This document shows positions 19,442-30,450 of a stretch of 64,000 nucleotides of DNA, in pieces. The stretch's first letter is position 1. Each line of letters begins with the position of its first letter. The stretch lies in contig CAWFFN010000005.1 in the NCBI GenBank assembly GCA_963815115.1, positions 1,696,001-1,760,000 on the forward strand, written 5' to 3'. The notes beneath the pieces were generated by a model. The model was given only the letters and a program-made list of their open reading frames with translations, was not told the DNA's origin and did not search any database. This DNA is from an uncultured delta proteobacterium (lineage in GTDB: Bacteria > Desulfobacterota > Binatia > DP-6). The position numbers and the translations under genes were made by a program.

Positions 19442-20941
19442 TCAGCGCGCCGACAGGGCCGCGAAGCGGTCGCCGCCCTCGGCGGGGCGGACGAGCAAGA
19501 GGAGCGGCTTGTCGGCGGCCGTCTTCCCGACCTCGGCCCGCAGGGCGGCCACCGAGCCGACCGACCTGCGGTTGACCTGCAGGACGACGTCCCCCGCTTT
19601 CACCGCGGCCTCGGCGGCCGGGCTGTCGGGGGCGACGGCCGTCACCAGGACGCCGGCGCCGGCTTCGAGGCCGCGCTGGCCGCGCTCCTCCGGCGTCAGG
19701 TCGCGTAGCGCGAGGCCCCATTTGCCGCGGCGCGTGGCCGCGTCGTCGGACGCCGTCTCGTCGTCGGCGAGCTTGGCGACCGTCACTTCGAGGTCGTGGG
19801 CCTTGCCGTCCCGGCGAACCTCGACCGGCACGGTCTTGCCGACGGGAGTGCCGGCGACCAGCATGGAGAGCGTCCCCGGCTCGTCGATCGGCTTGCCGTC
19901 CCAGCGACGGACGACGTCGCCGGGCTGCAGGCCCGCCTTGGCCGCCGGGCTGTCCGGGGTCACGCCGGCGACCAGCGCACCCTGCGACCCGTCGGTCGCC
20001 ATCGACTCCGCCAGCTCGGGCGTCAGCTTCTGGATCGACACCCCGAGCCAGCCGCGGGTCACGTGGCCCTTCTCCTCGAGCTCGGGCACCAGCTCCTTGG
20101 CGAGGTTGATCGGGATGGCGAAGCCGATGCCGACGCTGCCGCCGCTCTGGCTGAAGATCGCGGTGTTGATGCCGACGACGTTGCCGCGCTCGTCGAACAG
20201 CGGCCCGCCCGAGTTGCCCGGATTGATCGACGCGTCGGTCTGGATGAAGTGATCGTACGGCCCCTGGCCGATGGCGCGACCCTTCGCGCTGACGATTCCC
20301 GCCGTGACCGTGTTGTCGAGGCCGAAGGGATTGCCGATCGCGACCACCCAGTCGCCGACGGCCAGCCCGTCCGAGTCGCCCAGCTGCACCACCGGCAGCG
20401 GCTCCTTGCTGTCGATCTTCAGCACCGCGAGGTCGGTCTTGGGGTCGCGCCCGAGCACCTTGGCGGGGAGCTTGCGGCCGTCGCTCAGCGCGACGGTGAT
20501 CTCCTTCGCATGCTCGACGACGTGGTTGTTGGTGAGCACGACGCCGTCCTTGCGGATCACGAACCCGGAGCCGGCGCCGCGCCGTGCCTCGCCGCCGCCC
20601 CAGCGCGGGCCGTGCGGCATCCGGAAGCCGCGGAACGGACCGCCGGGACCCGACGGGCCGTCATCGTCGTCGGAATCGCCTTCGTCGGCGGCATTGGCGA
20701 CCGAGACCGTCCCGACGTGAACCACGGCCGGTGCGGCCGACTCGACGATGCCGGCGAACGAGGGCAGGCCGCGCGCCTTGGTGGGGGCACGGGGCTCCTC
20801 GGGGGCCGCCGCGGGCGCGGACTGGGCAGCGTGAGCCGGTTCCTCGTGCAGCAGCCGGCCGGCGGCGAAGCCGAAGCCGCCGCCGCCCAGGCAGATGGCG
20901 AGCCCTCCCGCCAGCATGCGATTCCTCGTGTTCGGATCCAT
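19442..20941 (-). CDS. degP: DegP/DegQ (HtrA, protease Do) serine endoprotease with two PDZ domains
   Basis: [41 protein letters not shown]. Confidence 0.93.
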   Translation of the reverse strand: MDPNTRNRMLAGGLAICLGGGGFGFAAGRLLHEEPAHAAQSAPAAAPEEPRAPTKARGLPSFAGIVESAAPAVVHVGTVSVANAADEGDSDDDDGPSGPGGPFRGFRMPHGPRWGGGEARRGAGSGFVIRKDGVVLTNNHVVEHAKEITVALSDGRKLPAKVLGRDPKTDLAVLKIDSKEPLPVVQLGDSDGLAVGDWVVAIGNPFGLDNTVTAGIVSAKGRAIGQGPYDHFIQTDASINPGNSGGPLFDERGNVVGINTAIFSQSGGSVGIGFAIPINLAKELVPELEEKGHVTRGWLGVSIQKLTPELAESMATDGSQGALVAGVTPDSPAAKAGLQPGDVVRRWDGKPIDEPGTLSMLVAGTPVGKTVPVEVRRDGKAHDLEVTVAKLADDETASDDAATRRGKWGLALRDLTPEERGQRGLEAGAGVLVTAVAPDSPAAEAAVKAGDVVLQVNRRSVGSVAALRAEVGKTAADKPLLLLVRPAEGGDRFAALSAR

Positions 20942-21002
20942 ATGCGTCCTCCTCCTCTTCGGGGGTGTCTCGGAGATTGGACGCGTGAGATGGCGCCGTC
21001 GC

Positions 21003-21029
21003 GTGAGAATCCCGTGAGGCGCGCATTAG
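21003..21029 (-). promoter_or_regulatory. 11-bp-phased direct repeats upstream of degP (OmpR-family box candidate)
   Basis: Minus-strand CTAAT/CTCAC/CTCAC at 21025-29, 21014-18, 21003-07. Confidence 0.45.
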
Positions 21030-21036
21030 AAGTTTC

Positions 21037-22439
21037 TCACGAAGGTGCGAGCGGCAGGGAGACCCGGAAGCACGCCCCGGCACCCGGGCTGCTCGTCACG
21101 CTGACGTCGCCGCCGTGGAGCTGGACGATCGCGCGCGTGAGCGGCAGGCCGAGGCCCGATCCGCCGCGCTCGCGAGCGGGGTCGCCGCGGTAGAAGCGGT
21201 CGAAGATGCGCTCCCGATCCTCGCTCGTGATGCCCGGGCCGTCGTCGCGGACCTCGAGCAGCGCGTGGCCGTCGCGGGCGTGCGTCGACACCGTCACGTG
21301 GGCGCCAGCGCCTGCGTGCTTGACGGCGTTCTCGGCCAGGTTGAACACCACGCGGAAGAGCAGGGGGCCGCTGCCCTGGACGGCGAGCGGGGGGACGGCT
21401 CGACCCGGAACGCGACCCCGGCCCTGGCGGCGAGCACCTCGAGCGCCGGAGCGGCGTCGCTCACCACGCCCGCGAGGTCGACGCGCTCGCGCGCCGGGGC
21501 GAGCGCGCCCGCGTCCGAGCGCGCCAGGAAGAGCAGGTCCTCGACCAGGCTCGCCAGCCGGTCGACCTCTTCGAGACAGCTCTCCAGCGTGCGACGGTGC
21601 GGCGCGCCCGGCGGGGTCGTCCCGAGGGCGACCTCCAGCTCGCCTTTCAGGATCGTGAGCGGCGTGCGCAGCTCGTGCGCGGCGTCGGCGCTGAACTGGC
21701 GTGCGGCGTCGAAGGAGCGCTCGAGACGGGCGAGCATGTCGTTCAGGACGGCGGCGAGGCGGCCCAGCTCGTCGTCCGCCGTCTCCGTCGTGATCCGTCG
21801 CGCCAGATCGGCCCCTCCGATGCGGCGCGCCGTCTCGACCATGGCATCGACCGGGCTGAGCGCGCGGCCGGCGAGGAACCAGCCGCCCGCCGCGGCGGCC
21901 GCGAGCGCCACGGGCAGCAGGCCGGCGAGCACGAGCAGGAAGCGCGCGCGTGCCGCCTCGACGACCTCCAGCGACATGGCGACCTGGACGAGCTGGACCA
22001 GGCGCCCCCCCTCCATCACCGGCGCGGTCAGCACGCGCACCGGCGCCTGCGCGCCGGGCAGCCGGACGGTCTCGAACGTCTCCTGCCCGTGCTCCGCGTT
22101 GCGCAGCGTGGCGGCGCCGAGCGGCAGATCGAGCCGCTGCCGCGGGGCGAGTCTCGGATCGGGTCGTCCGAGCGGATCGAGGAGCTGATAGAAGCGCTCC
22201 GCGAGCGCGGGTCCCACGAGCGCGGCGAGGGCGTCGGCCAGGTCGCCGCGTCGGGCCGGCTCGCGGCTCGACGCGGCGACGGTGCGTGCGAGGGAATCGA
22301 GGGACGTGTCCACGGTGTGCTGCAGCCCGCGATCGAGCAGCACCAGCGCGACCGTGCCGAGCAGGAGGAGGAGGCCGCCGAGCGCCACCGTGTACCAGAG
22401 CGTGAGCCGGGCGCGCAGGCTCCGCGGCCGCAGCGCCAC
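21037..22439 (-). CDS. CusS/BaeS-type HAMP sensor histidine kinase, frameshifted at ~21389-21394
   Basis: N-part (ADAAHELRTPL) in ORF 21294-22439; HATPase (NLAENAVKH, DDGPGI, GGSGLGL) in another frame; one more base in the 6-G run would join them. Confidence 0.88.
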
Positions 22440-22442
22440 GGG

Positions 22443-23117
22443 CTAGCCCTCCGGCGCGCGCAGCACGTAGCCCGCGCCGCGCACCGTGTGGATCAGCTTG
22501 GGCTCGAAGTCGGCGTCGATCTTGCGGCGGAGGTAGTTCACGTAGACGTCGATGACGTTGGTGAAGGTGTCGAAGCTGACTCCCCAGACGTGCTGGGCGA
22601 TCATCGCGCGGCTCAGCACCCGGCCGGGATTGCGCAGGAAGTACTCGAGGAGCGCATGCTCGCGGGCGGTCAGCTCGATCGCGCGACCGGCCCGGGTCAC
22701 CTGCCGCGTGGCGGGGTCGAGCCGGAGGTCCGCCAGCGCGAGCGTGGCCGGAACGACGGCGCCGCGGCGGAGCAGTGCCCGGATGCGGGCGAGCAGCTCG
22801 GCCACCTCGAAGGGCTTGGTGAGATAGTCGTCGGCGCCCCCGTCGAGACCGGCCACCTTGTCGGCGACTCCCGCGCGCGCGGTCAGCAGGAGCACGGGGA
22901 CCGCGCGCCGGCGCGCGCGCAGCTCGCGCAGGACGGAGAGCCCGTCGCGCCGCGGCAGCATGACGTCGAGGACGACCAGGTCGTAGTCCTCGTCCAGGGC
23001 GCGGGTGAGGCCGGCGTCGCCGTCGTGCGCGACGTCGACGCGGTGGTGCTCCGCCTCCAGCCCGCGCTGGATGAAGCTCGCCACCTTCTGCTCGTCCTCG
23101 ACGACCAGGATGCGCAT
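22443..23117 (-). CDS. OmpR/CusR-family response regulator
   Basis: MRILVVEDE, LDVMLP, GADDYLTKPF, NVIDVYVNYLRRKID, HTVRGAGY. Confidence 0.94.
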   Translation of the reverse strand: MRILVVEDEQKVASFIQRGLEAEHHRVDVAHDGDAGLTRALDEDYDLVVLDVMLPRRDGLSVLRELRARRRAVPVLLLTARAGVADKVAGLDGGADDYLTKPFEVAELLARIRALLRRGAVVPATLALADLRLDPATRQVTRAGRAIELTAREHALLEYFLRNPGRVLSRAMIAQHVWGVSFDTFTNVIDVYVNYLRRKIDADFEPKLIHTVRGAGYVLRAPEG

Positions 23118-23180
23118 CGACGGCGACGTGTCCGAGGAGCGCGCATCCCGCGCGGGGACGCGCACTCCTCGGAGAAGCGA

Positions 23181-23819
<639 letters not shown>

Positions 23820-23874
23820 CGCGAGCTCCTTTCCTTGGTGATCCCCGCTGGCGTAGCGCGGGCTCCGAGGAGGG

Positions 23875-24864
23875 TCAATGGCCCGGCACCAGCACCGCCG
23901 CACCGGTGAAACGACCGTGCCGGAGGTCGTCCAGCGCGTCGCCGGCGCGCGCCAGCGGATAGCGGTGCGCCTCGGCACGCAAGCCGGCGTCGGCCGCCAG
24001 GCGCAGGAACTCGACGCCGTCCCCCCGCGTGAGATTCGCCACCGAGCGCAGGACGCGCTCGCCCCACAGGGTCTCGTAGGGGAAGGACGGGATCGGGCTC
24101 ATGTGGATGCCGCCGCACACGACCACGCCGCCGGGCTCGACGGCGCGCAAGGCGAGCGGCACGAGCGCGCCGTCGGGCGCGAAGATGAGCGCGGCGTCGA
24201 GCGGCTCGGGGGCGCGGGCGGTCGAATCGCCGGCCCAGGCGCAGCCGAGGCCGCGGGCAAACTCCTGCGCCGCGGCGTCGCCCGGCCGCGTGAAGGCGAA
24301 CGCGCGTCGGCCCTGGTGACGCAGGACCTGGGCCACCAGATGGGCGGCGGCGCCGAAGCCGTACAGCCCGACGCGTTCCGCGTCACCGGCCAGGCGCAGG
24401 GTGCGGTAGCCGATCAGTCCGGCGCACAGCAGCGGCGCGCCCTCGACGTCCGGCAGCTCCGGCGGGAGCGGCAGGACGAAGCGGGCGTCGGCGGTGGTGT
24501 ACTCGGCGTATCCCCCGTCCCGCGTGTAGCCGGTGAAGCGGGCCCGGGGGCAGAGGTTCTCCGCGCCGCGGAGGCAGAAGCGACAGCGGCCACAGGCCCA
24601 GGCGAGCCAGGGAACCCCGACGCGATCGCCCGGGTGCAGGTGCGTGACGTCGGCCCCGACGCGCTCGATCGTGGCGATGATCTCGTGGCCGAGCACGAGG
24701 GGCAGCGCGGGATCGGGCAGCTCGCCGTCGCACACGTGGAGGTCGGTCCGGCACACGCCGCAGGCGCGTACGCGCAGCAAGATCTCACCCCCGCCGATGC
24801 TCGGCAGCGGCTGCTCCACGGCGCGCAGCGGGCGGCCCGGTGCCTCGAGCACCATCGCGCGCAT
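23875..24864 (-). CDS. Zinc-dependent alcohol dehydrogenase family protein
   Basis: CGVCRTDLH, GHE, CGRCRFC...ENLC, PLLCAGLIGYR, GFGAAAH. Confidence 0.92.
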   Translation of the reverse strand: MRAMVLEAPGRPLRAVEQPLPSIGGGEILLRVRACGVCRTDLHVCDGELPDPALPLVLGHEIIATIERVGADVTHLHPGDRVGVPWLAWACGRCRFCLRGAENLCPRARFTGYTRDGGYAEYTTADARFVLPLPPELPDVEGAPLLCAGLIGYRTLRLAGDAERVGLYGFGAAAHLVAQVLRHQGRRAFAFTRPGDAAAQEFARGLGCAWAGDSTARAPEPLDAALIFAPDGALVPLALRAVEPGGVVVCGGIHMSPIPSFPYETLWGERVLRSVANLTRGDGVEFLRLAADAGLRAEAHRYPLARAGDALDDLRHGRFTGAAVLVPGH

Positions 24865-24952
24865 GCTGAGCTCGACATAAGCCGCGGCGGTGGGCCTCGC
24901 AACCGGTCTGGCGCGCGCACCGGGGCGGGTATATCCCGGACGACGGGAGGCG

Positions 24953-25546
24953 ATGAGGAACGGTCCGGAATCGGTGGGCCGGGGCGACGCGCTCCTGCTC
25001 GTCGACGTGCAGAACGATTTCCTGCCCGGCGGCGCGCTCGCGGTGCGCGACGGGCATGCGGTGGTTCCGCGGCTGAACGAGTACGTCGCGCTCTTCCACG
25101 ATCGTGGCTTGCCCGTCCTCGCGTCGCGCGACTGGCATCCCGCCGACCACTGCTCCTTCCACGCTCGCGGTGGTCCCTGGCCCGCCCACTGCGTGGCGGG
25201 GACGGCAGGCGCCGGATTCGCCCCGGCCCTCGCGCTGCCGCCGGGAGTCGAGGTCGTCTCCAAGGCGACCGACGCCGAGCGTGACGCCTACTCGGCCTTC
25301 GACGGGACCGGCCTTCACGAGCGGCTGCAGCGAGCCGGCGTGCGGCGCCTCTTCGTCGGTGGTCTGGCCACCGACTACTGCGTGCGCTGGACGGTGTACG
25401 ATGCGCTCGAGCGCGGCTACCGGGTCGTCGTGCTGGAGGACGCGGTGCGGCCGGTCGACGTGCGGCCCGGAGACGGCCGCCGCGCCCTGCGCACGGTGCG
25501 CCGCCACGGCGCGCGCACGCTCCGGGGTCGCACGCAGGTCGCCTGA
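24953..25546 (+). CDS. pncA: Nicotinamidase/pyrazinamidase
   Basis: VDVQNDFLPGGAL, RDWHPADHCSF, WPAHCV, YSAF, GLATDYCV. Confidence 0.92.
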   Translation: MRNGPESVGRGDALLLVDVQNDFLPGGALAVRDGHAVVPRLNEYVALFHDRGLPVLASRDWHPADHCSFHARGGPWPAHCVAGTAGAGFAPALALPPGVEVVSKATDAERDAYSAFDGTGLHERLQRAGVRRLFVGGLATDYCVRWTVYDALERGYRVVVLEDAVRPVDVRPGDGRRALRTVRRHGARTLRGRTQVA

Positions 25547-25547
25547 G

Positions 25548-26639
25548 TCAGATCCTGCCGACCAGATAGAGGACGATCTCGAGCACGATCAGCACGATGA
25601 TGATCACCTCGAGCGCCTCGGAGCGCGCACTGGTGACGCGCTCGCTGAGCAGGTTGTGGATCTGCTGGAGCACGTCGAGCTTGCGCCCGACGCTCTCCTC
25701 CCAGGCGCGCAGGGCCAGACGATCGGCCGTGCGGGCGTAGAGCTTGGCGAGGTAGAGGTCGCCGGCGAGCTTGAGGGCGTTGTGCAGCCGCTCGACGATG
25801 CCGGCGACGTCGAGGCGGATGGCAGCCAGCTCGGTCACGGCGCGCCGGAACGGACGGTGGAGGAAGGGCCAGCCCCGGGCCGGGGCAGTGGCGAGCGCGA
25901 AGGTCTCGGCCATGTAGCGGTCCAGCACGTCGTCGTAGAAGCGGAGCTCGAGGAGCTGCACGTTCAGGTGCTCGAGCACGTTCACCGTGTCGGCATAGTC
26001 GGTGTCGTCGATCACCAGCGCGACGTTCCATTCGGTGACGACGAGGTCGTCGGGATAGTAGGAGAGCTCCGTGCGGAACACCTCGTCGGTCTCGGCGTCC
26101 GACAGCAGGCTCGCCTCGCAGCGCAGCGCAGCCGCGAGGATGGCCCTGCCGTACCCCAGCAGATCCGGAATGCTGGTCGGGGGCTCGAGCCGATCGACCT
26201 GGATGATGTAGTAGTCCTCGACGAACGGATTCAGGCCGGGCTTCGTGACCGCTGGCCGGATGCGCTCGTGCAGTCGCTCGAGCAGCTCGCGCGCCGCGTC
26301 CTCGAGCGGCCCGGCGCCGGTGAGGGTGCTGGTGAGCGCGGGGAGCGCATCGAGCGCGCAATCGAGGGGAGACTGCAGCAGGATGGTCACGGCGCCGAAC
26401 TCGTGGATGCGCGCGCTCGCGGTGGCGGTCACGAGGGTCGCGCCGACGCGCACCTCGCACGTGCCGAGCGGGGCGCGGACCGGCGGCGCCGCGTAGGCCA
26501 GGTGCGCCGGCGCCGCCCGGCGCCGCGGCGCCGCGGTCTCGCGCTCTCCCTCGCTGACCAGCGCCTGGGCGCGGGCCAGGTCGATCTCGTAGCCGACGTC
26601 GAAGGTGAAGAGCCCGATGAGCTGCCCGACGAGGCGCAC
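25548..26639 (-). CDS. Conserved hypothetical protein, RMD1/YagE(DUF155)-like with C-terminal TM
   Basis: FDVGYEIDL, SYYPDDLVV, NVQLLELRFYD, GDLYLAKLY, LEVIIIVLIVLEI terminal helix. Confidence 0.65.
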   Translation of the reverse strand: MRLVGQLIGLFTFDVGYEIDLARAQALVSEGERETAAPRRRAAPAHLAYAAPPVRAPLGTCEVRVGATLVTATASARIHEFGAVTILLQSPLDCALDALPALTSTLTGAGPLEDAARELLERLHERIRPAVTKPGLNPFVEDYYIIQVDRLEPPTSIPDLLGYGRAILAAALRCEASLLSDAETDEVFRTELSYYPDDLVVTEWNVALVIDDTDYADTVNVLEHLNVQLLELRFYDDVLDRYMAETFALATAPARGWPFLHRPFRRAVTELAAIRLDVAGIVERLHNALKLAGDLYLAKLYARTADRLALRAWEESVGRKLDVLQQIHNLLSERVTSARSEALEVIIIVLIVLEIVLYLVGRI

Positions 26640-26674
26640 GTCCGCCGGCGCGCGCTACGGCCGTCCCATCGGCG

Positions 26675-27154
26675 CTACGATCCCTTCTTCGCCCGCGCCG
26701 GCTTGTCGGGGACGCGGATGGTGAGCACGGGGACGTGCGCGTGGCGCACCACCTTCTCGGCCACGCTGCCGATGAGCAGATGGCTGAGGCCGCTGCGGCC
26801 GGCGGTGCTCATGACGATCGAATCGGCGCGGCGCGCGGCATCGAGGATGCACTGCGAGGCATCCCCCACATCCACCCGGCAGGTGTAGGGCGGAGCATCC
26901 CCGCGCAACGCCCGCTCGACGAGGGTCTCGAGCCGCTTGCGCTGCTCGGGCACGAACGTCGTGGGCGCCGGGAAGGTGTCCGCGGCGAGGCCGAACGGCA
27001 CGTCCGCCGGCACGTAGAACGGCACGATGACGTGCAGCACGGTGAGCCGGCCATCGTGCTCCCGTGCCAGCCGGGCCGCGGCCTTGAGTGCCGCGGTGGC
27101 CTGGGGCGAGAAGTCGTGCGGGACGAGAATCCGGCGGAAGAACGGGACGGGCAT
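26675..27154 (-). CDS. Universal stress protein
   Basis: RILVPHDFS, IVMSTAGRSGLSHLLIGSVAEKVVRHAHVPVLTI; GGAGG RBS. Confidence 0.93.
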   Translation of the reverse strand: MPVPFFRRILVPHDFSPQATAALKAAARLAREHDGRLTVLHVIVPFYVPADVPFGLAADTFPAPTTFVPEQRKRLETLVERALRGDAPPYTCRVDVGDASQCILDAARRADSIVMSTAGRSGLSHLLIGSVAEKVVRHAHVPVLTIRVPDKPARAKKGS

Positions 27155-27271
27155 CGAAACCTCCCTCACTGCGCTCCGCGCATCGCGCGTCGGTCGTGCG
27201 CCCATTGTCGCTCGCGCCGCGCCATGGGCAAGCCTTGACGTGGCCGTGGCCGGGGCCGTATCCGGCGTTCC

Positions 27272-27610
27272 ATGCGGTTCGTGCTCAACTGGGTCATCAG
27301 CGCGCTCGGCCTGCTCGTCGTGGCGCGGGTGATCCCGGGATTCCAGGTGGACGGCTTCGGCACCGCGCTCATCGCCGCTCTGGTCCTCGGCCTCGTGAAC
27401 GCGACCCTGGGCGTGGTGCTGCTCGTCCTCACGTTTCCCCTGACGCTCATCACCTTCGGGCTGTTCCACTTCGTGGTGATGGCGTTCCTCATCTGGATCG
27501 CCACCGGCATCGTGCCCGGCTTCCACGTGAGCGGCTTCCTCCCGGCGTTCTTCGGGGCCATCGTGCTGGCGCTGGTCAGCATGGTCCTGCGCGCGCTGGT
27601 GTCTGCCTGA
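27272..27610 (+). CDS. YvlD-like four-TM membrane protein (phage holin superfamily IV annotation)
   Basis: ALIAALVLGLVNA, LTFPLTLITFGLF, PGFHVSGF. Confidence 0.85.
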   Translation: MRFVLNWVISALGLLVVARVIPGFQVDGFGTALIAALVLGLVNATLGVVLLVLTFPLTLITFGLFHFVVMAFLIWIATGIVPGFHVSGFLPAFFGAIVLALVSMVLRALVSA

Positions 27611-27611
27611 G

Positions 27612-29252
27612 TCACGGGGGCGGGACGACGACGTTCGCCTCGCGGTAGAAGACGAGCACGAGCGCCACCAGCAGCATGGCCACGTAGGATGCCGTGCCCG
27701 CGGATCGACCGGCGGGCGCGAGGCGGAGCTCGAGAAGACGCCCGCACGCGATCAGCACCGCGAGCAGCCCCATCGCCGTGTGCGTCACCTGCACGAGGTA
27801 GCTGCTCTTGGCTTCGAAAGCGACGTGCGAGTGCACGAGGAGCAGCAGGCCGCCGACCGCGGCGAGCATGGGGAACACATAGGGAAGGCGAGCGCCCGGG
27901 CGTGCGGAGAGCCGGGCGCGCCACTCGAGCAGGCCGAGGGAGATCGCGAGGAGCCCGGCCAGCCGGTGCTGGAACGCCTCCGCGCTCGCGAGCGTCGTCG
28001 CCCAGAACGCGTTCGGGCCGAAGGGACGCACGCCGTCGACGGCCATCGAGCGCAGGAACACGAACCCCCCGAGGAGCGCGAGCCCGAACGGCCAGTGGCG
28101 CGTCCAGCGCCACCCCGATCGCCCGCCGGCGAGCGCGAGAACGGCCATCGCGAGCAGCGCGAGGCCGGCGACGTTGTGGCTGAAGTTCGACCACGAGTAG
28201 GCGGCCGCCGTGCGCTCGCCGCCGGCCACGGCGTAAGGATCGGACGCGTCGCCCATCATGGTATGGACCGAGGGCGTCCGGAGCGCCGGCCACTTCGGGC
28301 GGAAGACCTCGACGACCTCAGCCGCGCTGGCGCGCTCGCTGCCGACGTCGCGCGCCGGTGGCTGCGACGACAGGCTGGCGGCGGTGAAGAGGAGGACCAT
28401 GGCGAGGATGGTCTCGGCTTCCAGCAGGATCGGGACCCGGCGGCGGACCGTCGCCGTTCCGCCGTCACGGCGGAAGCCCCGGACCGCGCCGAGGTTGCCG
28501 GCGGCCAGCACGAGGGCCGCGGCGAGCAGGACGACCTTGGTGAGCACCAGCGCGCCGTAGCCCGTCCCGACGAGGCCCGCGATGGAGCCGACGTAGGTGC
28601 TGGCGAGCGGGATCGCCAGCAGGCAGAGCGCGGCGACGCTCGCGAGGGCGAGGCGCGAGAAGCGCGCCACCACGCGGGGCCAGAGCGCGTTCACCGCTGC
28701 GTCACGTCGCGCGAGCCGCCAGGTGGCGCCGAGATGCACCAGGCCGCCGGCCCACAGCGCCGCCGCCACCTGGTGGAGCACGGTGAGCGTCATGAGCAGC
28801 GCGCGATGCTCGATGCGTCCGGCGGCGTGTACCAGCCACGCGCCGCTCCCCGCCACCAGCGTCGCCAGCAGGCCGACGAGCGCCTGGGGCCCCCGGGCAT
28901 CGGGACGGCGGCGGAGCGCCGCCGCGGCGACGGCCAGGGTGGCGGAGAGCACCGCGCGCGCCACGCCGGCCCGGGCGGGGAGGGTGTCGGAGAAGCGCGC
29001 CAGGGCGTCGGGACCGACCCACCCCGCGAGCAGGTGGACCTTCAGGCCGAGGGCGGCGAGCTGGCAGAAGGCCAGCGCCGCGGCGCTCAGAGCGACGAGT
29101 CCGGCGCACCGTGCGCGGACGGCGCGCCCCGGGGCACCGGTGTCGCCGGGTACGACGAGCCAGGCGAAGGCCACCCCGCCGAGAGCCACCGAGAGCGCAA
29201 CCAGGAGCGCCCCGCCGAGGATGCCGTCGGCGAAGTCCGCGAAACCCTGCAC
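27612..29252 (-). CDS. copD: CopD-family copper resistance inner-membrane protein with C-terminal extension
   Basis: HAAGR, LHQVAAALWAGGL, RFSRLA, YGALVLTK; His-containing C-terminal TM bundle; follows copC. Confidence 0.8.
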   Translation of the reverse strand: MQGFADFADGILGGALLVALSVALGGVAFAWLVVPGDTGAPGRAVRARCAGLVALSAAALAFCQLAALGLKVHLLAGWVGPDALARFSDTLPARAGVARAVLSATLAVAAAALRRRPDARGPQALVGLLATLVAGSGAWLVHAAGRIEHRALLMTLTVLHQVAAALWAGGLVHLGATWRLARRDAAVNALWPRVVARFSRLALASVAALCLLAIPLASTYVGSIAGLVGTGYGALVLTKVVLLAAALVLAAGNLGAVRGFRRDGGTATVRRRVPILLEAETILAMVLLFTAASLSSQPPARDVGSERASAAEVVEVFRPKWPALRTPSVHTMMGDASDPYAVAGGERTAAAYSWSNFSHNVAGLALLAMAVLALAGGRSGWRWTRHWPFGLALLGGFVFLRSMAVDGVRPFGPNAFWATTLASAEAFQHRLAGLLAISLGLLEWRARLSARPGARLPYVFPMLAAVGGLLLLVHSHVAFEAKSSYLVQVTHTAMGLLAVLIACGRLLELRLAPAGRSAGTASYVAMLLVALVLVFYREANVVVPPP

Positions 29253-29255
29253 GCC

Positions 29256-29645
29256 TCACTCCCGGGGCATCACGCGGAAGCGCAGCACGCTCTCGGTGAC
29301 GTGCCCGTCGGCGGCCAGCACCTTGTAGTGCAGCGCGTAAAAGCCAGGAACGAGCGGCGGGAGGTCGAGCGCGAGCTGGCTGGGCTGCTTTCCCCCGGTG
29401 ACGGGCAGGGGCCTCTCCGGGCCGGTCTCGCCGCGCAGCGTGACCTGGCTCAGCGACGCCTCCACGCCCGTGTTGAAGGTGAGGGTGACGGAAGCAGCGG
29501 TGTCTGCCTTGGGTGGGGCGTCACGCAACGGGTTCCTGGTGAGAACGGCATGGGCCGACACACGCGTCGCGCTCGCCACGAGCACGAGGCAGAGGCAGCA
29601 GAGAAGCGCCCGCAAGCGAAAAACACGTATGCTGGCGTCCGGCAC
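29256..29645 (-). CDS. copC: CopC periplasmic copper-binding protein
   Basis: Signal peptide ending SA-HAVL (N-terminal His), LHYKVLAADGHVT. Confidence 0.85.
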   Translation of the reverse strand: MPDASIRVFRLRALLCCLCLVLVASATRVSAHAVLTRNPLRDAPPKADTAASVTLTFNTGVEASLSQVTLRGETGPERPLPVTGGKQPSQLALDLPPLVPGFYALHYKVLAADGHVTESVLRFRVMPRE

Positions 29646-29759
29646 AGGTCAAGCGGCGCGCACTATCTCTCTGGACTTTCGGGGGATGATCCGCTAGCGA
29701 GATTGACTGACGGCACGCCGCGCCTGCCGACGATCGGCTCGACGCACCGACGGAACCCG

Positions 29760-30443
29760 ATGGCGACGAAGCCCTGGGACAGCCGCCTGGCTCACGCGCT
29801 GATACTGCCCCTGCAGCACACGCGGGTGCACCCGAATCACATCACCACGCTCGCCCTTCTCGTCGGGCTCGGCGCGGCGGGCCTCTACGCCACGGCGACG
29901 CCCGTCGGCGCCGATCTCGGGGCGGTGTGCTGGATCGTCGCCTGCGTCCTGGATCATGCCGACGGCGAGCTGGCGCGGCTGACGGGCAAGGTGTCCGTGT
30001 TCGGCCACCGCTACGATCGCGTCTCCGACCTGGTCGTCAAGCTGGCGTTGTTCGCCGGCATGGGAGCCAGCTTGCGCCACGGCCCCTTGCGCGGCTGGGG
30101 CCTGCCGCTCGGAGTCCTGGGCGGCGCCTCGCTGGTGGCGATCTTCGTGTCGCGCAGCGCGCTGGCGCTCCGCCGCGGGCCGCAGGCATTCGAGCAGCCG
30201 CACGCCGGGGGCTTCGAGATCGAGGACATTCTCTACGTGACCGCGCCGCTCACGTGGCTCGGGTGGCTCGGGCCATTCCTGGTCGCGGTGGCGATGGGCA
30301 CCCCGTTGTTCGCGTCCTGGCTCATCTGGCGCAACTGGAGGCTCGCTGGACTTGATTACCCCGTGTCGGCACGCATAAGAGCGATGCCGGTCGGGGGAGA
30401 TACGGGCGGGTCGGTCCGAAACCGCCCCGGCCGTCCAGGGTAA
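29760..30443 (+). CDS. CDP-alcohol phosphatidyltransferase family protein
   Basis: HPNHIT and DHADGELARLTGKVSVFGHRYD signature. Confidence 0.9.
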   Translation: MATKPWDSRLAHALILPLQHTRVHPNHITTLALLVGLGAAGLYATATPVGADLGAVCWIVACVLDHADGELARLTGKVSVFGHRYDRVSDLVVKLALFAGMGASLRHGPLRGWGLPLGVLGGASLVAIFVSRSALALRRGPQAFEQPHAGGFEIEDILYVTAPLTWLGWLGPFLVAVAMGTPLFASWLIWRNWRLAGLDYPVSARIRAMPVGGDTGGSVRNRPGRPG

Positions 30444-30450
30444 GGAGCGG

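Noticed and set aside
27272-27610. 'Phage holin family' gene as evidence for a prophage
   Set aside because: YvlD-type proteins are common chromosomal membrane proteins; no integrase, structural or lysis genes nearby
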